A stretch of 64,000 nt of DNA from Basidiobolus meristosporus CBS 931.73 (lineage: Eukaryota > Fungi > Basidiobolomycota). The stretch lies in assembly GCA_002104905.1 (NCBI GenBank), contig MCFE01000218.1, forward strand, positions 1-64,000. The letters run 5' to 3'. A program made the translations under genes and the position numbers. Positions 36,223 to 47,231 of the stretch are shown here, in pieces (positions within the stretch are counted from its first letter, which is position 1; each line of letters opens with the position of its first letter). A model generated the notes under the pieces. The model made no database searches, was not told the origin of the DNA, and saw nothing but the letters and a program-made list of their open reading frames with translations.

Positions 36223-39108
36223 ATGCCGCCAAAGAATAAAGCAAAGTTGTCTGGTTCCCAACCAAACCCCACCACTGACGGCAACAGAAGAACAGTTGGA
36301 CAACAGCTTGCTTTGGCATTCAGTGCAACAAGCAGGGCTACATCCAACAAAGGCCCTGTGGATGGTGTGCCCATTGAAGGTAATAATGTAGACTCCTCAG
36401 GCTCTTAGTCAAGTAAGCAATTGAGAACCTTTGTGGAGCCACAAGCTGACTGTTGTGCTCAGACAGACAAGAATGTAGCAAATGCAGTACCCTCAGTTGA
36501 AGACCAGCAAGTGACCATGATAGCATCACTGCCACCCATATTAGCAAGCATGTTGTCAGCTCATACCAAAGCATCATTGAAGCAATTAGGTGCAGTGGCT
36601 GATAGGATAGATGCAATGGCCCAGAGAAATCAGGAAATAGTCCAGAAACAGGATGAGTGGATCAATATCACAGCCAATAATTTAGCTATTTGCCAATGTA
36701 ACAGCAGAGGAACACACAACAGTGCCCAAAGATAAAGCCCACAGAAAAACCTATCACAGCATGGGAGGGAGACAGTGTGGTGTTTATACCCAAGCCTAAA
36801 AATTGAGAGACATCAAAGATCTGTGAAGCTGTTGAACACAATAATCAAGAGTGAGCTAAAATACAAGAGGCTGTCAGAAGTCTAGCATGCCATCAACTTA
36901 AGACTGGCATACCATGGGACCATCAGGAACTCAAGGCCAAGCAGAATGCACTTGTCTTGTTCCGTGAGCATTATCCTGGACTCAAATGGGCAAATGGATT
37001 TTGGGCCAGCATTGGTATGCTAAGAAAGTATCTTAAGAATAGCAGCAACTATCAAAGGCAGAAAAACAAGGGTGCCATGGCTAAAAACCAGTGGCTTCCT
37101 CAAGACCCTGTTACAAGCAGGGCCAAAAGCTCCAGACAAGCATCAAAGAGATGTCAGGTAGCTGAACAAGTGCCAATTAGGGATAAGCAGGCAGACATTG
37201 ATGCACCATCACAACATTTATCAAGAAAAAAGCATGGTACCACTCAAGAAGCACCCAGTCAAAGTAGCAGTGAAGGTCCTGCCAGTGATAAAACTAGCAG
37301 CTTTACAGGAACCCATCACAACTGCAGTTGAGAGTTCAAAACAGATGGAAAAGAAATGTCAGGTTGTCAGAAGAGTACCAGCAAGGGACAAGCAGGCCAA
37401 AACAGATGCGTCAGAGCAGAACTAATCAGGGAGAAAATGTAGTTCTTTACAAAAAGCACTCAGACAAAGTAGCAGTGAAAGACCTGGCAGTAATAAAGGA
37501 AAAGGTCAAGGGAAAAATGTCTACACAAGCCTGAGACAGCAAGGCCGGCAAAAAAAACTGCAGTTCTGTGGTAATGGAAGGTATTCAATTACTACAATAT
37601 CTCAAAACCAACATTGCACTCATTCCTTTATTTTGCTTTTTGCTATTGTAACACACAAGTTTCAAATTACAGCTCATTTGAAGCAGTACCTAAGGAGTTA
37701 TGACCACAAGAGTCCAATTATTATATATATACTAGGCCACTATTGCTAGGATTACTATGGTGCCTTCAATTGCGTGTAACTTTCAAACCAGCCAATTAAA
37801 ATCACGTGAGATTTTCACAGGTGCTGCGCCTATGTCCAATCTGTGCCACTGCAAAATTTTAGCTTTGCATTATGTGTATTGCTTGCGCAATTGTCCAAAA
37901 ACTTTGATCCTTCAGAAATTTCATATGTATGACTTCCCCAGCTGAAAAATAAAAGAGAGCCTCTCTTTCCAGAATCTCCACACTACAATTACAAGCTTAA
38001 AGGTTATAAGACTTCCCCTGCATCACTTGCACTGTTGAGTATTCTGACTTTAATTAGTACTACATCAGTAAAGAGACTGCAAAGCACACAAGAATCCAAT
38101 CTGAGTTCTACAAGAAACCACCACTTTTCTGTCAGAAAAGTCCCCTCTAAGAAGCCCCTTTAGAGACCCCTCTAAGAAACCCCTTGACTCTAAAGTAGCC
38201 CCTGTAGGCACCCCTTTAGGCACCCCTTTAGTGTAAAGTCCACTTTAGAGACTACTAGAAGAAGCCCCTTTACTCTAAAGACACCCCTTTGGACACTCCT
38301 TTGGGTCTAAAGTTCCCTTTAGAGACTTCCACAACACACCCCTTTAGGTTAAAGGGGAGTTCAGAATTTCCATATTAGATAATACTTTCTCAGAAAGGAA
38401 AGTGACTTCCAAATAAGGAAAAGCTACTATAAAAGTAAATAAGCCCATTAGTTGACAGAAGGTCAGAACACTGCTGTAGAAGTGAGCAACACTGTCTAGA
38501 GTATATTTTAAGCCTAAGATTGTGGATATTAGTGAAAGTTATATCTTCTATTGGTATATCAAACTCCCAATAGACTATTTTGGTATTAGCATAATGAAAG
38601 TTGTTGTATATTGTTGATTAGCCTCTACATTGTAGAACAAGCCCCAAACTAATCATACTACAACACAACAGTTCTTGCCAATTAATGCCACAAGCCAGGA
38701 ACAGACTGAATCCATCATAGCCAAGAAGTATTACCAACAAGCAAACAGCTGGTTTCACAAGAGTTGGAAGCACAGCCAGTTGAGCTACACTCCAGCAAGG
38801 TGGATGAGTTTGCTAAAAAAGGCAACTTGTCTACCACAGCCTCCACATCCTCCATTATTGACAGAGTGGAAATCCCACTGATAGACAAGGCTACAACATT
38901 AAGAGCTCAAAAGACTATCACAATGCCATCAGTGGAGTTTTGGAACATTAATAGGCACACCAAGAGGTTGCAGCACTTCTTCAAGAGCAGCATTCAAGAA
39001 AATGTACTGGAATCTCGCAAGGATTTATTGCAAAGACTGGCAGATGAGGTGCTAGACCTTGCAGTGTTGGCTAAAGACCAGGATGTGTGGGAACCAGTGA
39101 ATGAATAA
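36223..39108 (+). pseudogene. Divergent second ORF of the CACTA family (unknown function), split by a solo LTR
   Basis: Broken ORFs from MPPKNKAKL.. through FREHYPGLKWANGFWASIGMLRKYLKN to ..QPVELHSS..KGNLST..LLQRLADEVLDL. Homologous segments recur inverted at 43400-44100, 48700-50600 and 59200-60250. Confidence 0.6.
37567..38672. mobile_element. Solo LTR, 1106-bp family, with CCCCT(TTAG) repeat array
   Basis: TGTGGT..ACAACA ends; 4-bp TSD GTTC/GTTC. The uninterrupted site (ctgcagttcttgcc) is seen in the inverted copy at about 59565. Inverted homolog at 47232-48407. Confidence 0.85.
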
Positions 39109-39919
39109 TGGCATAAAGCTGTTGGGTTCCTGCCAAAGTCATGGAACCAGAGCGCTACAGTAGAAATACTTATTGAGTGGTGTGTTTTAATGTAGTTACT
39201 TGTTGAGTGTGGGGTTGGGCTTAATGTTAGTGTAGGGTATAGGGACTTGTATAGGCCAATACAACTAGCAATTGAGGCACAACTGAAGTTTCAATGGAAA
39301 TAAATCAGTTTGTACATATGAGAAGTAAGAGAAACAGTTGAGTCAGAAAGTAAGGAGTGTGAAAAAGAGGCAATAGCCAATCAATGCACACAAACATAGG
39401 AGGTGATAGAGTGTCCAGGATAGAAAGTGAGCAAATTGGCAGGGAACCAATCAAAAGCCACATATACATTGTTGTGATGAGAAATTTTAACCAAGCTTTT
39501 TGTGAAATCTGGGGTGCAATTATTTTTCAACAACTATGGACAGTGTCCTGACAGGATTAGTACCTCTTAGTCATGGGACTTTAACTTTGTGACAGCCTTT
39601 TGATGGGATCATCTTAATATCTTTCATAGGGTCCATTACTGATATTGGTGGGAACATGCCACTACTCCAGTCACAACAATGAATCATTCACTAGCAAATA
39701 GGCTAGTAAGAGGACAAAAGTTTAGTAGTGACTAATAGACTTGTTCCGTTCGATAGTGCCACATAGTGCCAGCCGGTTTATAGTGCCGGATTGATCTGGC
39801 ACTCTACGGCACTATCTGGCACTATAATTTCTACCATGATGCCAGTGGTATGATACAGTTACTGGTAATTTTACTCAATCTTACTTATGTTGCTCAGAAT
39901 AGTGCTTTCCTTGCTTTAT

Positions 39920-40804
39920 TTACTCTTCATAATGCTCCAGACACATTTCTCTCAGTGGATGTCTTCTTGTATGAACATACTGTGCATTAATAAGTATCTT
40001 AACTATTTTACCTATTCTGCTGTTTTCACCTATATATGACTTTCCTCTGTATTGACCTGCCAATATGCTGAATCTCTTCAGATATCCAAATGTGTGCTCT
40101 ACCCTTACTCTGAAATGATTAAATATCTCATTGTAGAGCTTCTGCTTCCTGCTAAGCACACCATTCCTTGGCTTCCTATAAGCTGTAATACATCCTAATC
40201 TCTGACAATCCTCTCCTATATAGGCCAAGTCTGCCATACATTTCTCCCCTCTACTGAATTCAGGATGATTCTCTACCCAGAGTGCTTTGTCATGCCTACT
40301 TCCAGCAAATGGCCCACTAAACCAGATGTTGTTACCCTCAATGTCAGACAGTGCTTGAAACTTCACACAGTGTGCCTTGTACTTGCCAGAATAAAAGTGC
40401 CTTTGCCCTCTAGAAGGTCTGTTAATCCTCACTGGGAAGGTATCCAAAATACTCCTGATATGGAACCTGTTGCTGAGCACTCTGGGATATGGAAGTCTAT
40501 TGGAGCTTCTGAACCTAGTATTCCAAGCTTGCTCTAAGTCATTCATACCCTCTGCGAGGTGGTTCTCCATTGCTGTCAGCTGGGAATGAAAGCTTCTAGG
40601 ACTTTTGTTGCCATGGATGGTGGGATGAAACCTTGTAGGGCAATAGTTGTTGTAATAGCAGAGAAGCTTAACAAGGGATCTCCTTGAGTAGATTGGGGTT
40701 GATGGTCCACAGTACTTGGAATAGATCTCCTCCAGTGTGTCAAAAGGAAATCCAGTGGTAGTGATGGGATTGATGAGAAAAGACCATTCAGATGAGTAAG
40801 TCAT
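39920..40804 (-). CDS. DDE_Tnp_4-type (Harbinger/IS5-like) transposase, 294 aa, open
   Basis: ILDTFPV; YSGKYKAHCVKFQ; GSRHD; MADLAYIG; RVRVEHTFGYLKRFSIL. The catalytic D/D/E positions appear retained. Confidence 0.9.
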   Translation of the reverse strand: MTYSSEWSFLINPITTTGFPFDTLEEIYSKYCGPSTPIYSRRSLVKLLCYYNNYCPTRFHPTIHGNKSPRSFHSQLTAMENHLAEGMNDLEQAWNTRFRSSNRLPYPRVLSNRFHIRSILDTFPVRINRPSRGQRHFYSGKYKAHCVKFQALSDIEGNNIWFSGPFAGSRHDKALWVENHPEFSRGEKCMADLAYIGEDCQRLGCITAYRKPRNGVLSRKQKLYNEIFNHFRVRVEHTFGYLKRFSILAGQYRGKSYIGENSRIGKIVKILINAQYVHTRRHPLREMCLEHYEE

Positions 40805-41256
40805 ATTAAAATTGATGGATGATTGTATGGAGGTGGTTTGAATTGATTTGGCACAATCTGCATTATTTATCTGATTTTTAACACATTATGGTTAGATCTC
40901 CATCAATTGCCATGTATCCCATCATTATGTCGCAAAAATCATCCGCAAACAATGCCTTGGTACTTTTATTGATGCTTTAATCATAGGTCTATAATCAAAT
41001 AGGAAATCTGCGATTGATGTGATCTGATCCGTGTCAACGCAATCCAAGATGCATCATGCATAATATATGGAAAATTCAACAATCACTTTAGTTTTCATAT
41101 ATATTTCATATAAGACCAGATTGATGCCAATATACTGCTGTATAAGTATCCAAATCCGTTGCTATGGTCCCCATACCAAGCCTCAACTCATCTTTAGTAC
41201 AACCCAGACAAAACCCATCCCCCAGCTCACAAGTGCGGTCCAGACCGGAAAAGTCA

Positions 41257-42396
41257 ATGTCGGATCCGTTCGAGTTCTTGCCAAATGATTTTAGTATGGC
41301 CCAAGTGTCTATGATAAGCCTTCATACAGATATTTGGGCACTACTGATTAATCTAGCAGAACTAGATACCTCAGAGAGTCGACAAAGATGGAAAAATTTG
41401 AGTAGAAAGCTGTGGCATGAGTTCTACATCAAGATGCCAGCCAATGTATGTAAAAAGATATATAACAAGACAAGTATTGAAATCAAGAATGAGCTGAGAG
41501 TGAGGGGATTTGACAAGGAAGCCACGCGGGAACAATTCCGCGCGCAATTTGCACAGTACGGGCCGGACGCGTCCGTTTGTGCCTCAACTTTGGGAACCAA
41601 AAAGATTTTGAATGAGTTTTTGCCTCAAATGACTAATGTACTACGTGATATATTAGTAGAGCTAAGTGGCTTCCGAGAGCAATATACACAGGACTCATCC
41701 AGGCAACAGCTCCAAAGTATCAGACAGAGGGTAAGTGAATACCTTGAGGAATCAGATGGTGAGCTTCAGGAGGAAGAATACAGACCGCAAGCAACATTGT
41801 CCAGATTGCGCCAGCACGCCTTGCTGGATTTCCTACCATCTCTTGCAACCACAGCGTGCCGGCGCACGTCAGTCCAGACTACACCAACACCCTTTACCAG
41901 AACGCCCCGCGTCAAGTCAAGGCGCGCGCTTCAGAGCAAAACTACCAGAACCCACCAAACTGCTCATTTAGACACAAGTCCATTGGAGCGGACCAAGCCG
42001 CATCAACATGCAGCATCACATTGAACTCAGCCAAGGGCCATCTCAACGCGTCAAGGCGCGCATGCGCGTGCCGTTTTGCCTGACCATCAGCAAGTTACTT
42101 CTGGTGAACTGACTGATGATGACCAACATGAAGTGACTCAACCACCGGAGCCCTTGGCAAGTAAAAGAACGCGTCAGCGCGTGGCACTACAGGCCGGTTC
42201 AGTTGGTTCAGTCGGAGCAATTCAGCGCGGCCAAGCTGCAGCATCGCACTCATCAACTAGGAGGCAAAATACTGACTACAAATACACAAGTAGCCAAGAT
42301 GATAGTCAGCCAGGAAGTAGTATAGGTGTGCTAAGTGAGTCACTACCAAATGCTTCAGTAGTAATCCCTGTGAGAAAAAAACCCAGGAGAAGATGA
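41257..42396 (+). pseudogene. Harbinger ORF2 (putative Myb/SANT-like DNA-binding protein) with one in-frame TGA
   Basis: MSDPFEF..IWALL..RQRWKNLSRKLW. The frame continues after TGA at 42022-42024 to a basic tail PVRKKPRRR*. The Myb/SANT assignment rests on Trp spacing and family knowledge only. Confidence 0.65.
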
Positions 42397-44102
42397 TGCA
42401 ATTGCTTTGAATTGCTCACATTTGTAATGATCCCGACAACCCTTTTTTTTTGCGATCCAAATCAAGCCATCGCAAATCAGTGATCATCAAATTTTTGATT
42501 TAAGTAATATTAAGGTTGTCTCACATTTGAGACAGAACCCCTATAAATAAACACCCTGCATATATATACGTCATCTGTAATACCAGTGCAGCTATTGGAT
42601 CTGTTTTGCACCTACACAATTGCTTGCGTGCTAGCTATGACACCTTGCCCAATCACTAGGATCAGGGATTTACTTGCTCAATGGGCTAAATGGGATATTT
42701 GATGGCAAATCAGGTAGCTTTTTCAGTAGTCAATGAGCCAATTGGGGGCTGCCAGCTTCAGGATACTTTTGGACCAATTAGCCACTGAGATACCGTCCAA
42801 TTGGAGTGAGGGTAACCAAAATGGTAAGTATCAGTGTAGTTTATAGTGTGATACACGTTTATTTCCATTTACATTAAAGAAACATATCCAAATACCGGAT
42901 TTTACCTGCCATTATAGCGGTATCCAATCGCGCACGTGATGCAAGCATTACGAGTTGGCGCGATCATCCGCGCCAACCTCATTGTGTCAGATTGTGCCAT
43001 AGTGTGTGAGATTGTCCTGCATAGTGCGAAATCGTCCAAGAACGATCCTGCCTTCTGGTAGCTATAATATTGCGCCCAATTGTTCTTTGCAACCGCGGAT
43101 CACGCCGCGCGCCCTGGCACGGCACGATGGAACAAGTCTAATGATCATATGAGAAATAATTGCAATGATCCTGTTAAATGGCTGCCACAAAATTTAAATC
43201 CCATAACTAAGAGGTATTGATGGTGTGTGGACACTGTGTAAGGGCTGTCAAATGAAAAACACCTCAGATTTCACAAAAGCTTAGTCAAAAGTTTTCATTT
43301 AAACAATACCAAAGTGTCTTTTGATTGGGTCTTTGCCAATTTCTATCTTTCTGATCCTGGACACTCAATCACCTCCTACATTTGGGTAAACTTATGGCTA
43401 TTGCCTATTTTCACACACCTTGCTTCCTGACTCAAACAACACTCCTACTTTTCATGCATTCAGATTAGTTTTTTTTTGGTTCAATCTTCATTTTTAACAT
43501 AGTTGCCAAATAGCAAACCCAATTGCTTTATGTCATTGATAATTCACTGATTCCCACATGTCCTGATCTTCAGCCAACATCACAAGGTCTAGCACCTCAT
43601 CAGCCAGTCTTTGCAATAAATCCTTGCAATATTATATTATACTTTGGTGAACACTGCACTTGCAGAAGTGCAGCAACCTTATACTGTATCTATCAATATT
43701 CCAAAGTTCCACTGTAGGCATTATGCTAATCTTCTGAGCACTTGATGTTGATGCTTTGTCTGTCAGAGGGATATTCACTCTGTCCACAATGGAGGTTGTG
43801 GAGGCTGTGGTAGACAGATTGCCTTTCTCTACAAACTCATCTACCTCACTAATATGTAACTCAACTGGCTGCACTTCCAACTCTTAAGACAACAGCTGTT
43901 GTCTTCTTGGTGATTCTTCTTTGCTGCTATGGCATTCAGCCTGTTTTAGGCTGACAGCATTAAATAGCAAGAACAGTAGTTTTTTTCTCATGCTTCCCTG
44001 TCTTGGGCTTAGGGACACTTACTTCCTTGTACCTTTGCCTTTATCACCTCCAGGTCTTTAACTGCTACCTTGTTCATGTGCCTCTTATATTGTACTCTAT
44101 TC

Positions 44103-47100
44103 CACTTGCTCTGTTGGATAGTGCAACATAGTGCTGGATTGATCTGGTACTCCATAGCATTGTCTGTCACCATGACTTCCACCTTGGTGCTACTGTAGGA
44201 AGATGTTACTGGTAACTTTACATCATCTAGCATATATTGCACAAAATAGTGCTTTTCTTGCTTAGTTTACTCTTCATAATGCTCCAGACACATTTCTCTC
44301 AGTGGCTGTCTTCTTATATGCACACACTGTCATTAATAGTTATATTAACTATTTTACCTAATATGCTGTTTTTGCCCATATATGACTTTCCTCTGTATTT
44401 ACCTGTGAATATGCTGAATCTCTTTAGATATCCAAATGTATATTCTAATCTCACTTTGAAATGATCAAAAATCTCATTGCATCACATATGCTTCCTGCTA
44501 AGCACCTCATTCTTTGGCTCCCTATAAGCTGAAATACATCCTAATCTCTGAGAATTCTTTCTTATATAAGCCTAGTCTGCCACACATTTCTCCCCTCTGC
44601 AGAATTCTGAATGATTTTCACCTTAAGGTCTTTGTCAAGCCTACTTCCAGCTATTGGATCACTAAATCAGGTGATGTTACCCTCAATGTCAGACAGTGCT
44701 TGAAGTTAGAAACAGTGTGCCTTATAGTTGCCAGAATAAAGTGCCTCTGCCTTCTAGAAGGTCTGTTAATTCTTATTGTCAAAGTATCAAAATACTCCTG
44801 ATATGGAACCTCTTGCTGAACACTCTGGGATATTCAAGTCTATTAGAGCTTCTGAACCTAGTATCCCAAGCTTGTTCTAAGTCACACATAGCCTTTGTAG
44901 ATTGCTCTCCATTGCTGTTAGCTGCAAATCAAAGCTTCTAGGACTTTGGTTGCCATGGATGGTTGTTCAAAACCTTGAAGGGCAGTAGTTCTTGCAATTG
45001 CAAAAGAGCTTAACAAGGGCTCTCTTTGACTAGAATGCGGTAGATGGTCCACAGTACTTTGTATAGATTTCACCCAATGGTTCAAAGGAAATCTAGTGGT
45101 TGTGATAGGATCAATGAGGAAACATCACTAAGATGAGTGAGTCATATTGCATTTAGTAATTGATTGCAGTGGAATAAGATAAACTGAATCAGCACCATCA
45201 GCTTAACTTGTCTGACTTACCATGCATTATGATTCACACTCCATTGATTGCAATGTTTCCCATCATTAGGTAGCAAAACTATCCTGAAACAATGACTCTG
45301 TAATTTTATTGTTGAATTACTCACAAGTTTATAACCAAATAAGAAATCTGCAACTGATGTAATCTGATCTGTGTCAATGCAATCCAAGATGCATCATGTA
45401 CAATACATGAGAGATTCAACAATTGCACTAGTTCTCATATATATCTAATATACAGTCAGATTTGAAGCTATACAGCTGCATAAGTATCTAAATGCATTAC
45501 TATGGTCCCTATGCCAAGTCTCAACTCATCTTAAGTACAAGATTGACAAGTTCCATCCTTATGCTCACAAACATGGTCCAGACTAAAAAAATCAGTGTTG
45601 GATCTGCTTGAGCTCCTGCCAAATGAGTTCAGCAAGACCCAAATGTTGATGATGATCCTTCATACATGTATTAGGACACTCCTCATTAATCTAGCAGAGC
45701 GGGATACCTCAGGGACTCAACATTGATGGAAGAACTTAAGTAGAAATCTCTAGCATCAGCTCAACATCAAGATGCCGGCAGATGAATGCAAGTAGATATA
45801 TAACAAGACAAGTGTTGATATCAAGAATGAGCTAAGAGAGAGAGGATCTGATGAAGAAGCTGCATGCAAGCAATTCCATGTCCAATTTGCACAGTACAGA
45901 TCAGATGCATCTATTTGTGCCTCAACTTTTGAAACCAAGAAAACTTACAACAATCATTTGCCTCAAACAACTAATACAATTGTGATAAATCAGTAGAACT
46001 AAGTGGCTTCCAAGTGCAATATATGCAGAACTCATCAAGGCAACAGTTGCACAGTAACAAACAGAGAGTAAGTGATTACCCTGAGGAATCAGAAGGTCAG
46101 CTTCAAAAGGAAGAATACAGATCTTGAGCAACCACATTCATATAGTGCAAGCACTCTGTGCTGGATTCATTACTAAGTCTTGCAACACCAGCATTCTGGC
46201 ACACATCAGTCCAATCTACACAACATCCTTTACCAGAGCACCATGCACCAAGTCACCATATATTGGGTCAACAAATGTGGCTTTGAGCAAAACAGCCAGA
46301 GCTCACCAAACTGCTCAATAGACACAAGTCCACTAGAGCAGGCTAAGTTGTGTATACATGTAGCATCACATTGGACTCAGCCAAGGGCCATGCCAGCATG
46401 TCATGTTGTGTCAACATGTGCTGTGACAGCTGACCATCAATAAGTTACTTCTGGGGAACTGACTGACCAAGACCCACTAGAAGTACCTCCACCAAAGAGC
46501 CTTTGGCAAGTAAAATAAGGCATCAGTGCATGGCACTTGAGGTAGTTGCGTAGAATCCTCTGGAGCAATCCAGTGTGGCCAAGCTGCAGCTCTGCCCTCA
46601 TCAACAGGAGGCAAATAGTGACTTCAAGTACTCATGTAGCAAGATGATAGTCAACAAGGAAGTAGTTTAGGTATGTCCAATCACTAAGGTTAGGGATTAA
46701 GTTGCTCAATGAGCAAAATAAAATATTTGACAGCAAATCAGGTAGCTTGTGCATTGGTCAATGTGCCAATTGGGGGCTTAGTGCTTCAGGATACTCTTAG
46801 ACCTATCAATCACTGACATACCATCCAATTGGAGTGATGTAGCCAAGATGGTAAATATCAATAAAGTTTAGGGCGTGATACTCATTTATTTCCATTTACA
46901 CAAAAGAAGCATGGTGGAATTCCAGATTTTACCTGCCATAATAGTGGTATCCAATTGAGCACATGATGCAATTGTTACAAGTTGGCACAATATTACTGCC
47001 AACTGCATTGTGTCAGATTGTCCCACACAGTGTAAAATTGTCCAAGAGCAATCCAGCCTACTTGTAGTAACAACATGACTCCCAAGAGTGCTTTACAACT

Positions 47101-47136
47101 GCAGATTGCACCACATACCCTGGCACAGTGCAATGG
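44103..47136. mobile_element. Decayed full-length copy of the 39737-43139 element, same orientation
   Basis: Colinear end to end (acttgctctgttggatagtgc.. to ..ctggcacagtgcaatgg). Both ORFs are broken, CpGs are converted to TG/CA and the TIRs are eroded. Confidence 0.88.
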
Positions 47137-47231
47137 TGCTGTTATATAGATTTGGATTTGCACCTAGATATTTACATAACTTGGTCACTTAGATCAGTAC
47201 CTTCAAGTCTCAGAAAGTACTTACCAAATTC

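Larger units (their letters stand above)
25947..39631. mobile_element. CACTA/CMC (En/Spm) DNA transposon copy A, complete ends, about 5.7 kb after removing nested inserts
   Basis: Left end CCCTATGAAAAATAATT (25947), right end ..ATCTTTCATAGGG (39631). 2-bp TSD TC/TC. Contains a Tnp2-type transposase (minus) and a divergent ORF2 (plus). Confidence 0.85.
39737..43139. mobile_element. Near-intact PIF/Harbinger-superfamily (PHIS, Pangu-like) DNA transposon, 3403 bp
   Basis: TIR AGACTTGTTCC..GGAACAAGTCT; 3-bp TSD AAT (39734-39736 and 43140-43142); divergent transposase and ORF2; subterminal AGTGCC/GGCACT repeats. Confidence 0.88.

Noticed and set aside
38135-38360. CCCCTTTAG repeats as interstitial telomere or CRISPR-like array
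   Set aside because: Irregular spacing, no constant repeat-spacer unit, eukaryotic context, and location inside a TSD-bounded LTR.
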